DNA of 64,000 nucleotides from Sphyrna mokarran (taxonomy: Eukaryota): contig JAGIQG010000002.1 of assembly GCA_024679065.1 (NCBI GenBank), positions 33,046,001 to 33,110,000 of the forward strand, given 5' to 3'. Below are positions 50,640 to 61,199 of this stretch, one piece after another (positions within the stretch are counted from its first letter, which is position 1; the number at the start of each line of letters is the position of its first letter). The position numbers and the translations under genes were made by a program. Under the pieces are notes generated by a model. That model searched no databases. It saw only the letters and a list, made by a program, of their open reading frames with translations, and was not told the DNA's origin.

Positions 50640-51270
50640 TATTGTAACACAATCTACTTCTTTAATTGCACCATATAGATCATCAACATCTTCATCAGCA
50701 ATCATGCTGTTATCCATCCGGCCTTCATTGTGGACCTACTCATTTTGGGAGAGTTCTTCTCAAGTATTACCACTTGTTTAAATTTTGCCCTGCCAGACAT
50801 GCATGATAATACAACCGAATCTACTCTGCATGACCAATCATGTTCAGGAAGACTTTTTTCTCCACTTGGCTCACTGTTTGACTGACTGCCATATCAAAAT
50901 TCATCCACATTCCCAATATAAGACTATGTTTAACCATCCTTTTCCCTTTTGTCTATGTTTTATTACTGTATGAACTGCTGAAATGCAATAAAACCATCAT
51001 CAAATTCTGCTTGGAGGTGTCGTGAAGTACCGGTTATATGTCACAGTACAAAATTGCTTTTCGTTATAAACCTGATACACCAATCTGCAATGCCTAATTT
51101 TCTTGCTCGTTTCAGGACAAAGATTTTGATAGATACTAAAGAAATTGATGTATTTTGCAGTTTCATTTTCCTACTGCTGATGCAAACTACACTTTCCTCT
51201 GCACATTTAACCTTGGGATCTGCACAAGTTGAGTAGGCAGGTAACAATCTTCTCTGACATCTTGAAAACT
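50640..51270 (-). mobile_element. pogo/Tigger-type DNA transposase remnant
   Basis: Minus strand: CENP-B-like HTH segment (SIKIFVLKRARKLGIADW..RF), then YIGNVDE (cf. IGNMDETP), VVLSCMSGRAK and VHNEGRMD (cf. N.KGWMD). Confidence 0.6.
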
Positions 51271-51279
51271 CTAGCTGTC

Positions 51280-51587
51280 CCATGGTGGCACAGCCTCACA
51301 GCATTAGGGACCCTGGTTCAATTTTGGCCTTAGCTGACAGTCAGTCTAGAGTTTGCATGTTCTCCCCGTGTCTGCATGGGTTTCTTCCCAGTGGACCAGT
51401 TTCCTCCCATAGTCCAAAGACGAGAGAGTCAGGCGGATTGGCCATGCTAAATTGTTCCTTAGTGTTAAGAAGATCAGGATAAATACATGGGGTTACAAGA
51501 ATAGAGCATGGGTAGGATTGTTGGTGGTACACACTCGATGGGCCAAATGACCTCTTTCTGCACTGTAAGGATGCAATGATTCTATGA
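51280..51587 (+). mobile_element. V-SINE, CR1-type tail (B)
   Basis: V-domain plus gatgggccaaatgacctctttctgcactgtaaggatgcaatgattctatga. Confidence 0.85.
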
Positions 51588-52182
51588 AGTCACATTGAAC
51601 TGCCTTCACTTATATGGATGGGGAGTGCATTGTCACTTGCATAGAGGCAGGAAAATATTTTCACGGTAGAATTAATAGGGTAACTGTTCCATTCCTTATT
51701 CTTGTCTCAGTATTACTTAAAGTGGGTGTTTTTGTTTAAAACCTTCAACCCTTAATTGTGTCAATAAGGACATACAAATAGGAGGATAATTTGAATATAC
51801 CAAAGTCACCAAGATTACCTTTAATCACTGTAGTATTGCTCACCTTCAGTCTTGCCATTCTCATTTGCTAACAGAAACTCTAACCATCATTATTTAGATA
51901 CCTTGAGTCAACTAACATCTTCAAACCTCCAGCTCTCTTCCTCCTGCCCTAATGTAACTAAGTTCTATAACTGAGGTGACACAGGTCACCCACTGAAAGT
52001 GGCAACACAGGTGGAGAAGGCAGTCAAGGCGGCTACAGGTACTTTCATCCTACAGATATTTCAGTCCGCCTTGTCTAACAAGGGGTATACATGCGATGGG
52101 TCGTGAGAGAGCTGCTCTTGGATTTTGAGAGTATCCTAGTGCTTCAGGTCGTTAGTGTACGCTTGATCTGGACCATTTGATG

Positions 52183-52490
52183 GGCAACACGACAGCTCAG
52201 TGACTATCGCTGTGCTGTGCAGATACATGGATTTGGGCCTGTGTCTGTGGGAGTTTGCGCATTCTCCCTGTGCTTGCATGGGTTTTCTCCGGGTGCTCCG
52301 GTTTCCTCCCACATCCCAAAGATGTGCTCTTAGGCTAACTGACAGAATAAATTCTCCCTAAATTGTCTCAAATTTGATTCCAATGCATAGATCTATAACA
52401 TAGACAGGGATCATGGGTAGAAGTGGCAACATCAAGGTGGTGGCGTGGCTCGTTGGGCCAAAGGGCCTGTTCCCCGTGGTGTTTTGTTCT
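52183..52490 (+). mobile_element. V-SINE, CR1-type tail (B)
   Basis: V-domain gggagtttgcgcattctccctgtgcttgcatgggttttctccgggtgctccggtttcctccc. Confidence 0.8.
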
Positions 52491-53804
52491 TTGTTTAGTC
52501 CAACTTTATTTCTCAGTCCATTGTATATACATTTTAAGGTTCTTTTCCACCATTTCAAATCCCTGTTGTCTTGCCTCAATTTGTTTCAGCAATTTTAATT
52601 TGCCATATATTGCAGTCTATTCCCTTCATTCCAGCTTAACACTATTGTTCCTACTTCACTCATCATTTAAAGCCAACCTTCAAATTTTTTCTTAGCAGCA
52701 TTCTCCCCAAAGCACTTATCTTTTTACTTTCTCTTTTTTTCGAAAGCTTTCTTAATAGCTAGCAGACCATGCCATCAATTTATTTACCACCTTACAGCTT
52801 TCACATTTCTTTTATGGGGGCCTGTTTTTCCTCTTGTTAAGTGCTGTGAGATATTTCATGCAAAATGTGCTGCATAAGTCTAAGTTATTTTTAGCTTTTC
52901 TCTTTCCCACGGAGACCTGCCATTTTCCATTTCTCTGCCCAGGGAGCTGCCCAGCTGGCATAAGATATGAGCATCAATAAGCAGCTCTTTAGGAAATCCC
53001 ACAGATCAGATTCCTTTCTGACCCTAATACTGATGTGCTGGATTTTCTATAGAATTGTTCAGTGACACTTGTGTAATTGCCGTCAACTGAACAGTTCTCT
53101 TGGAGTTGGGACACCCAAACAGCAGATCTTCAGAGGTAAGTAAAAGGGCACTTTTAACTGAAGCACATCTTTTACAAGTTAGCACTTCAGCTATTTATTA
53201 TCCATACTTGATGACAACATTGGTAGGGGGGCAATTTTTTCTACATTTTCCATCTCCTTTAACGAATTAGGAATTTTAGCCAGACTGTATTGTGAAGATA
53301 AAACTGCTACCTCTGTGCGAACAAGAGGAATGCCTATACACTTAATATTATGCAATATCAATCAATGGAAGGCATAACTTGCAACCTCACTTATCTTTAA
53401 AAGCAGACTTTAATAGCTCAATTAAAATGAACGTCATTAGGTATTATATTCTTCCATGTAGAATGCCATATTGATAACATCACTGAACTAGTGATCCAAA
53501 AACCCAGGCTAATACCTTGGGAGAAAAGGAGTGCATCAAGGACCCCAAACTCTCCACTGGCTGGTGTCATACTAGCATATAGGAAAAGGTGGCTGTGATT
53601 GTTGGGGGTCAATCTTCGCAGTTTCAGGACACCACCATAGGAGTTCCTTAAGGTTACGCCCAAAGCCCAACCATCTTTAGTTGTTTAATCAATGGTCTTC
53701 CTTCTATCATTAGGTCAGAAATGGGAATGTCTGCTGATGATTGCAAAATATTCAGTGTCATTAGTAACTCTTCAGACACTGAAGCAATCCATGCCAACGT
53801 GTAG

Positions 53805-54588
53805 CAGCACAGAGAACAGGAACGAAATAGAGATTGTGATGAACTGGTGCAGTAACACTAATCTCTCCCTTAATGTCAACAAAATGTAGAAGATGGTCAT
53901 TGACTTCAGGAGGCATAGAGGAGAATATGCTCTTATCTACATCAACAATTATGAAGTAGAAAGGGTCGAGAGCTTCATGGTTTTAGGTATCCAGATTGCC
54001 AACAATCTGTCCTGGTCTTCCCATGCTGACACTACAGTTAAGAAAGTCCATTAACATCTCTACTTTCTCAGACAATTAACAAAATTTGATATGTCAGCTT
54101 TGATTCTCACCAAGTTTTATAGATGCACCATAAAAAGCATTCTTTCTGATTGTTTCACTGCTTGATATGGCTCCTGTTATGCCAAGGCCGCAAGGAACTA
54201 CAAAAGGTCATAATGTAGTTCAATCCATCACGCAAACCAGCCTTCCATCCACCAACTTGGTCTACACTTCCCGCTGCCTTGGCAAAACAGTTAGCATAAT
54301 TAAGGACCCCAAGTACTCCAAACATTCTTTCTTCCACCTTCTTCTGTTGGGAAAAAGATACAGAAGTCTGAGATCACGTATCAACTGACTCAAGAACAGC
54401 TTTTTCTCTGCTGCCGTCAGATTTTTGAACGGACTTATGTTGGATTAAATTGATCTTTCTCTATAGCCTAGCTATCACTGTAACACTACATTCCGCACTC
54501 TCGTTCCTTTTCTATGAATAGTATACTTTTTCTATATAGCACACATGAAACAAATCTTGTCACACATGACAATAATAAATCAAATCAA
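53805..54588 (+). mobile_element. Rex1/Babar-type LINE 3' portion nested in a LINE family B fragment (53575-53805 and 54590-54920)
   Basis: WCSNTNLSLNVNK, MVIDFRR, VERVESF..LGI and FYRCTIKSILS remnants; tail catgacaataataaatcaaatcaaa. The host LINE resumes at ctggacaacattcagc. Confidence 0.85.
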
Positions 54589-55359
54589 AACTGGACAACA
54601 TTCAGCTTTGAACCAATAAATGGCAAGTGACAATTGTATCGTACAAGTGCAAGGCAATGACCATCTCTAATAAGAATCCATTTCCTTATGACATTCACTA
54701 GCATTACCAGTGCTGAATCACCCACTGTCGTGCAGATTACCATTGACCAGAAACCTGTCACGTAAATACTGTGGTTACAAGAGCAGGTCAGAGACTGGGA
54801 ATTCTGTGGCGAGTAACTAATCTCTTGACCCCCCAAAACCTGTTCACCATATACAAGTACTCTCCACATAGCTAGAATAGATAAGTGGAACTCCAACAAC
54901 ACTGGAGATGTTTGACAACATCTAACCTGTCCAATATGTCCATCATTTCAATTTCAAACACCATTAATATTTGAATTACTTCCTCTTTTACCACGGCCTG
55001 AGTAGCATCTTATTGCTTGGGAAAGACAGATGATTTTCTTGTAGATGATGATGTCTTAGTACAAAATTGTTAAATCATTAGCAATATTTGCACAGGACTT
55101 TTTTTTAAAAAGAATATAAACTGGTACCTTGTAGATGATACAGTAGTGGAGGAATTACTTTATGCAGTCTTGCAGTGTTTGCAGACTAGCTAGAGAACTG
55201 GATCTGGTGGATGAGATTGATATTTGGATGCTCTACGTGGCTACCCTATGCATGAATAATTCACTCTTTTTGGCTGCTTTGCTATAAGTTTGTAATGGTC
55301 TGATGAAAAAATAGCTTACCGCTAAAATCAATATCAACTAACATTTACTAATGTAATAA

Positions 55360-55810
55360 AACATTGCAAAACATCTCACAGTAGCGTTAATCAGACAACA
55401 TTCCACAGTGAAACACAAAAAGATAGTAAGCCAATGATTAAAAGCTTAGTGACAGAAGCAGGTTTTAAGCAGCAAACAGGAGTTACAGAAAGAAGTAGCA
55501 AACTTAGGGAAGGGATTCCATGGCCTAAATCCCAGACAACTGATGACATGGCCCGCAAAGATAATAGTGGGCAAAGGCTAGAAGTGGTAGAAGGTGCCAA
55601 AGATGGCTATTGAGAAACAATTTCAAGGATGAGAATTTTAAATTCAAGCATTACCAAACTGGAGGCCAATGTAGTTCAGTGGATAATGGAGTGATAAGTG
55701 AGCAAGAAGTGAACAAACAGCACAATCTAGGATGAGCTGAACTTTACAGTGAGTGAAAGCTGAGAAACCAACCAGAAGCGTATGTGAATATTCAAGTCTG
55801 GAGGTACTAA
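55360..55810 (-). mobile_element. L2-type LINE 3' fragment
   Basis: Reverse-strand remnants (WPPVW..LEFKILIL, APSTTS, VVWD..L) typical of L2 ORF2 C-termini. Confidence 0.6.
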
Positions 55811-55953
55811 GTGATGGGCAAAGGCAAAGGTGGACAAAAGAAAATAAAGCCTCCTATGGCAAAATTGAACATCTCCAGTTATGGCAAAGCACCTACTTTC
55901 CTGTCATTAAACAGAACCAATACAGGAATATTTAATTGCTCGTTTTGTTCTAC

Positions 55954-56156
55954 CTGATCTCGCCCTGATTTATGTGAAGCCATGTGACGATCCAGTTGTG
56001 TCCTGTAGGCAAAAGTGTAGCTGCAAAGGGAACAGCTGAAGTTGTCTTCATTTTTTTCATGGCGATATTTAATGTGCTCTTTTAATGAAGTCAAGCGCTT
56101 GTAGCCTCTATCACAATATGGGCAGGTAAGAAGCTGAGCAAAAGCGTCAGGAGTTC
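55954..56156 (-). CDS. ZEB1: ZEB1 coding exon (exon 5 equivalent), N-terminal zinc fingers 1-2, 203 nt
   Basis: Encodes [70 protein letters not shown] at 56157-56158 and GT at 55952-55953 on the minus strand. Confidence 0.98.
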
Positions 56157-57412
56157 CTAAAAAAACATATGAAATAACATCCATGTAAATATTCAATTTT
56201 AAACAATTTCTAAAGATGGAGTTGGTTAATATTACGTTCTCAAAATAACTAAAATCGATTTAAAAGGCAAGCAAATGCAATCATTATTATTTCCCCCATG
56301 GTGACATAAATTTAGACATATTATACATACATTTGCTCAAATACTTGCATAGAAGCTATCTGCAAATATAGATAGTGCTCAATTTTGCTTCTCCATTTCC
56401 CAGTTAAAAGAAACAAGTGTTATTATATTTTAGCTTCTAGATATATTGCAAAAACAAAGATTATAGCTTGCATGTCTGAGTCCAAAGGTCGAAATCCAAG
56501 ATAGTTGGACGGAAGGTGTTTTTTTCTTTTGCAACAGGAATCAATTTCAGAATATTGCAGGATATATATTTCTGCATTTAAAAGGGGCAATGCAGTTTCA
56601 GTTGATTGATTAACTCAGTATAGCATCTGAGTTCAATCCAGGAGTTGCACTGGTTGTATTTTTGCCTTGTACTCACTTCAGTTCAACACACATGATTTAT
56701 TGACCCAAGTTGTGCTTTCGTGATAGCATTTATTGTGGTCCCACTCTAAGCCAAGTAGAACTCTCTTTATATTTTACAAATCAGAAAATTGAGATGTGAT
56801 GCATTCATGGAATCAGGAATATACAGAAATTGCACTGACCGCAAATCTCATACTAAAACACAAAAACTTCAGTTTAATACAGGGCATGTTCTATGGCACT
56901 GCTCACCAGAAAAGGAAAGAAATATCTTCCATCTTTTTAGACTTTACTAAAATGAACAACAGAGATGGCTGCATCGAATTTATCAGCTCGAGTACACAAT
57001 GCAACCTCATCAATCTTTTCCATTGTAAAATGACTAACTGCTTTGGATATGCATTTAACTTTGTTCAATTTTCAGCATTAATTTTCTGCTGTGCTTTGGA
57101 TCCCTCAGTCTTGCCCAACAGTCCGCGGACATCCAAGATAAATGCTGAGCCTGAGAGAATTCATGCATGTTTTATTTACAGATGCAAATGGTAATAGACC
57201 TGATGCAACTGAACAACATATTTAAGCAAACACAAGGCTACATTCAACTACATGCAGGCAGGGATACTCAAGCATAGAGATGAGCATGAAGTTCAGCAGG
57301 TAGAGTTAAACAATGTTAGTTCAATTCCAAAAGAAGTGAGTAAAATTGGTTTTCTGAATTAAAAACAAAAATTGCTGGAAATACTCAGTAGGTTAAGCAG
57401 CATCTGTGGAGA

Positions 57413-57730
57413 GAATCATAGAATCCCTACAGTGCAGAAGGACGACATTTGGCCCTTCGAGTCTGTACTGACCAAAGTCCCACCAAGGCCCCATCCCCAC
57501 AATCCCATGTATTTACCCTGCTAATCCCCCTAACGCTAGGTAGAACATGGCCAATCCACCTAACCTGCATATCTTTGGACTGTGTGAGGAAACCGAAGCA
57601 CCCACAGGAAAAACACAGAGACACTAGAAGAATGTGCAAAAACTCCACAGAGACAGTGACTCAAGGCTGGAATTGAACGTGGGACGCTGGTGCTGAGAGA
57701 CAGCAATGCTAACCACTGTGCCACCATGTC
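57413..57730 (-). mobile_element. V-SINE (tail B) inserted into a family-2 palindromic element (57358-57412 and 57735-57886)
   Basis: Left arm gctggaaatactcagtaggttaagcagcatctgtggagaga is interrupted; the right arm ctctctctccacaatctgcctgac follows the SINE. Confidence 0.85.
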
Positions 57731-57994
57731 AACCAAAGAAACAAGAATTGACATAACAGGTCAATGACCTTTTATTATTGACCTGAAATTCATTTACTCT
57801 CTCTCCACAATCTGCCTGACATGTCGAGCATTTGCAGAACTTTTTTGTTTTGGTCACAGATTGCCAGAATTGCAAAATTTTGCTTCTGTTTTGATTTTCT
57901 GAATAGTGTTTTGCTCATTCACAATGTAAACCACATTTTATTGTAGTGGTTATTTCATGGACAAGTGGAAAAAAAAGCCAATTTATTTTCCTCT

Positions 57995-58295
57995 GCTTTG
58001 ATTTATTATTGTCACATAAATTAGTATATCTGGTTGTCAGAGCACCAGGAACAGACTGCAATCTGAGGTTAAACATCCAGTCCATGGATTACAGTATTGT
58101 GTTAACGTATAGATTGTACTGTCTAAAAGTCATGACACAGTTAAAGTAAAATTCAGCCCCCACACCAAAAGACTATAGACAAAGCACACCATTCATAAAG
58201 GAAAGGAGAGGGTACAAAATGTAGTGCTATAGTCTTAATATAAAGTAGGTCCATTTAAAAATCTGATGGCTGCAGGGAAGAAGTTGTTCTTCAGT
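57995..58295 (-). mobile_element. Rex1/Babar-type LINE 3' tail (with an internal insert)
   Basis: tttgatttattattgtcacat...ctgatggctgcagggaagaagttgttct is the reverse of 54380-54588. Confidence 0.65.
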
Positions 58296-58323
58296 CAGTT
58301 TCTTCTTCAAAAAAAAAAGTTAC

Positions 58324-58509
58324 CATTTTCTTCTTGTCCACAAGTTTCTGGCGTGCCTCGTCTATGCTGCTCTTCTGGTGCTTCAGGGAAAATGACAGCA
58401 GTGTCGCCTTGCTGAAGGTATTCTTGCACATTTGGATCATGGCTCTGCTCATCTGCAGTAGAATTATGGAAGCAATTCTCTCCATCAGAATCACAGCCTT
58501 CTTCATTAA
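58324..58509 (-). CDS. ZEB1: ZEB1 coding exon (exon 4 equivalent), 186 nt, phase 1/1
   Basis: aatag|TTAATGAA...GAAAATG|gtaact encodes [63 protein letters not shown]. The [23 protein letters not shown] motif is diagnostic of ZEB1. Confidence 0.95.
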
Positions 58510-58809
58510 CTATTGAAAAATATTCAAAGTTATTGACAGCATTGTTCCAAATTAAATAATTTTACAAACCATTTGAAGTTTTTCAATGAATGTAAAGATT
58601 CAAAATTATTTTTAATTATGTATTTCAGACTGGGCAGGAATAGACTGAATGGTCTGTTTTATACATAAAATTTTATGATTTTAAAATTAAGACTTTGGTT
58701 TTTAATTGATGGAGATCTAAAAGCTTAGTCAAGCAGTAACATATTTGCTTCTTAGTTAGCATTCTTGCTTTGTAGTTTCAAATCTTATTCAAAAATGTAA
58801 GCATACGAT

Positions 58810-58990
58810 CTAGGTGGTACTTCAGTGCAATACAAGAGAATATTTCACTGCTGAAGGTGCAATTCTCAGCTAAAATATTAAACTTGGGTCTCCCCTGCCA
58901 CATTCAACGTTTGATGCTGAAAAGCTCATGGGACTACACAGAGGAATTGGGAGCTCTCAATGTCTCAACTTCTTTTGATCAGGTCACTAT
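58810..58990 (+). mobile_element. Deu-SINE remnant
   Basis: Degenerate match to the reverse complement of 15505-15735. Confidence 0.5.
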
Positions 58991-59059
58991 TTAAATATAA
59001 ACATTTCCTTCTAAAAGGACTAATATAGTAGCAATGTCAAATTTTGCAATGCAGATATA

Positions 59060-59342
59060 GGAACAGTGGTTAGCACTGCTGCCTTAGTGCTATGGACCTG
59101 GGTTTGATTCTCAGCTTGTGCTGCCGTCTGTGCAGAGTCTGCAAATTCTTTACGTATCTGCATGGGTTTCCTCTGTTTTCCTCCCACCATCCGTAAGATG
59201 TGCAGGTTAGGTGCATTGGCCATGCTAACCTCTTCCCTTGGTGTACTAGAACAGGTGCCAGAGTGTGGCAAATGGGGGATTTTCATAGTAACTTCACTGC
59301 AGTGTTATTGTAAACATTTGTGACAATAATAAATAACTTTAA
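59060..59342 (+). mobile_element. V-SINE, tail type A
   Basis: Head, V-domain and tail tttgtgacaataataaataacttt. Confidence 0.85.
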
Positions 59343-59481
59343 ATTACATGTGCTGTGCTTAAATTTTAAGTAGGATACCTGCCCCGTGAGATTTTTTTTG
59401 CAAAAAACTGTTAGCTGAAATATTTTGGGATTTTAGATCACTTGTTGTTCATAATAAGGATTTGGGAAAGAACTATGTTCA

Positions 59482-59715
59482 AGTTTGATTTGATTGATTG
59501 CCACATATATTAACATACAGTGAAAAGTACTGTTTCTTGTGCACTATACAGACAAACCATTCACAGGGAACGGAAGGAGAGAGTGCAGAATATATTGTTA
59601 CAGTCATAGTTAGGGTGTAGAGAAAGATCAACTTAATGTGAGGTAGATCCATTCAAAAGTTTGATGCAGCAGAGAAGAAGCTGTTCTTGAGTTGGTTGGT
59701 ATGTGATCTCAAAGC
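59482..59715 (-). mobile_element. Rex1/Babar-type LINE 3' tail
   Basis: Reverse of 54370-54588, beginning tttgatttgattgatt. Confidence 0.8.
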
Positions 59716-60782
59716 TTGATTTTTGTTTTAAGAAACCACAAGATGCAAGCAATGAAGATGTGCCATTACACCAGATGAATCAACTTGTGGAATGCTGCAG
59801 CTCACTGCAATATTCAAACCACTATTAAGGTTAATTATTTCATCCCAGGGCTGTTAAGTTGGGGTGTACAATGTTCATTTTGAGAGGAGCAGATGGTGTT
59901 TCAGTTAAATCAGAACCTAGAATGGAGCGACTGAAAAGTTGCCTTAAATCAGGCAAGTTACAGGAAAATAATTTTCATCTGTTTGGCCAGTGGAAAATAT
60001 TTTGTACACCATGCTTGTCTGACTAAGCACAAGAGTTAAACTGGATTTCTAACAATTTCTCAGTACCCAGAAGAAAAAAATAAAGTGTTTGGTCCCTTGA
60101 GCTAAGGAAGATATAAGAAGATGATATGAAGGGAAAGGATAACAAAGCAATTACCAGAAGACTTGCTGCCTAAAGTGGTAGGAGGGGGATCCCAAACTTC
60201 TCTCCCCCTCACCTATTCTTAGAATGGCAAAAAAATCTTTACTTTGCCTGTCTACATTATATCTGGTTTAGTAATGAGTGAAACAATATTTACTTGATAT
60301 TACTCTGATGATCATTAAAGTACAGCTTAAAAATGTTATTATTAGTCCATTTAAGAATTAACGAATTGCTGCAAAGGAGTCATTAAATTTAATAGGTTAA
60401 ACTAAGTTTACTAAAGTGAAGCCCCAAAAAAAGTTAGAGTGTTTGTGATGAAATTACCTGAATTTTAATAAAAAATGGGACATCTACTTCTCCCAGTGAG
60501 TAATTTTTTTCCCCGCCACTTTCCCAATAGTTTTATTAACTTGTGTTTGTATGGACACCAATCCAAATTCAAGGAATGTTGGTAAGGAAACAGTTAAGGT
60601 GAACAGAAAGCTAAACTGTGCACAATAAACTGCAGGAGAACCAGCATGCAATGCTCCATCTTGCAATAAATGAAATTACATGGAATGTGTATTTACTTTT
60701 CACATTCAAGGTATGAATTAGATGACTAATTAATTCAACATTCATAAATAGGAGCAAACGAACAAAATATTCATCACATACC

Positions 60783-60960
60783 AACAAAAAAAAAATGCTG
60801 GAATATCTCAGCAGGTCTGATGGGATCTGTGGAGAGAGAATAGAGCCAAATCTTCAAGTCAGGATGACCCTTCACCAGAGCTCTGATCTCAATCTTGTCA
60901 CATCTGCTGAGATTTTCCAGCATTTTGTTTCAGATTCCAGCATCCACAGTATTCTGCCTA
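60783..60960. mobile_element. Penelope-type palindromic element, family 2
   Basis: Arms aaaatgctggaatatctcagcaggt / atctgctgagattttccagcatttt, with a degenerate hammerhead core in the centre. Confidence 0.75.
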
Positions 60961-61136
60961 CATCAAAATATTAATCACCATTAGTTTTAGACAATTAATT
61001 TTGATCTATATTGGTTATCCTTTCCTCTTGCCTCCACCTCTAGTTATTGATCAAACACTGAACTGCAAGCAAGATAATTAACTGCAGTGTACAGACGAGA
61101 TTGATTATTTATCCAATGTAAAGAATTAGTCAGTAC

Positions 61137-61199
61137 CTGTGCAACCATCACTGCGTGTTTGAGCTTCAGGCCCCAGGTTGTCTGCATTTTCTTCCTTTC
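61137..61199 (-). CDS. ZEB1: ZEB1 coding exon (human exon 3 equivalent), 63 nt, phase 1/1
   Basis: Minus strand ttttag|GAAAGGAAGAAAATGCAGACAACCTGGGGCCTGAAGCT...GGTTGCACAG|gtactg encodes xKEENADNLGPEAQTRSDGCT, resembling human RKEGQEILGPEAQADEAGCT. Too short for the ORF track. Confidence 0.9.

Noticed and set aside
32635-61199. Alternative assignment of the gene as ZEB2
   Set aside because: Diagnostic segments ([60 protein letters not shown]) match ZEB1.
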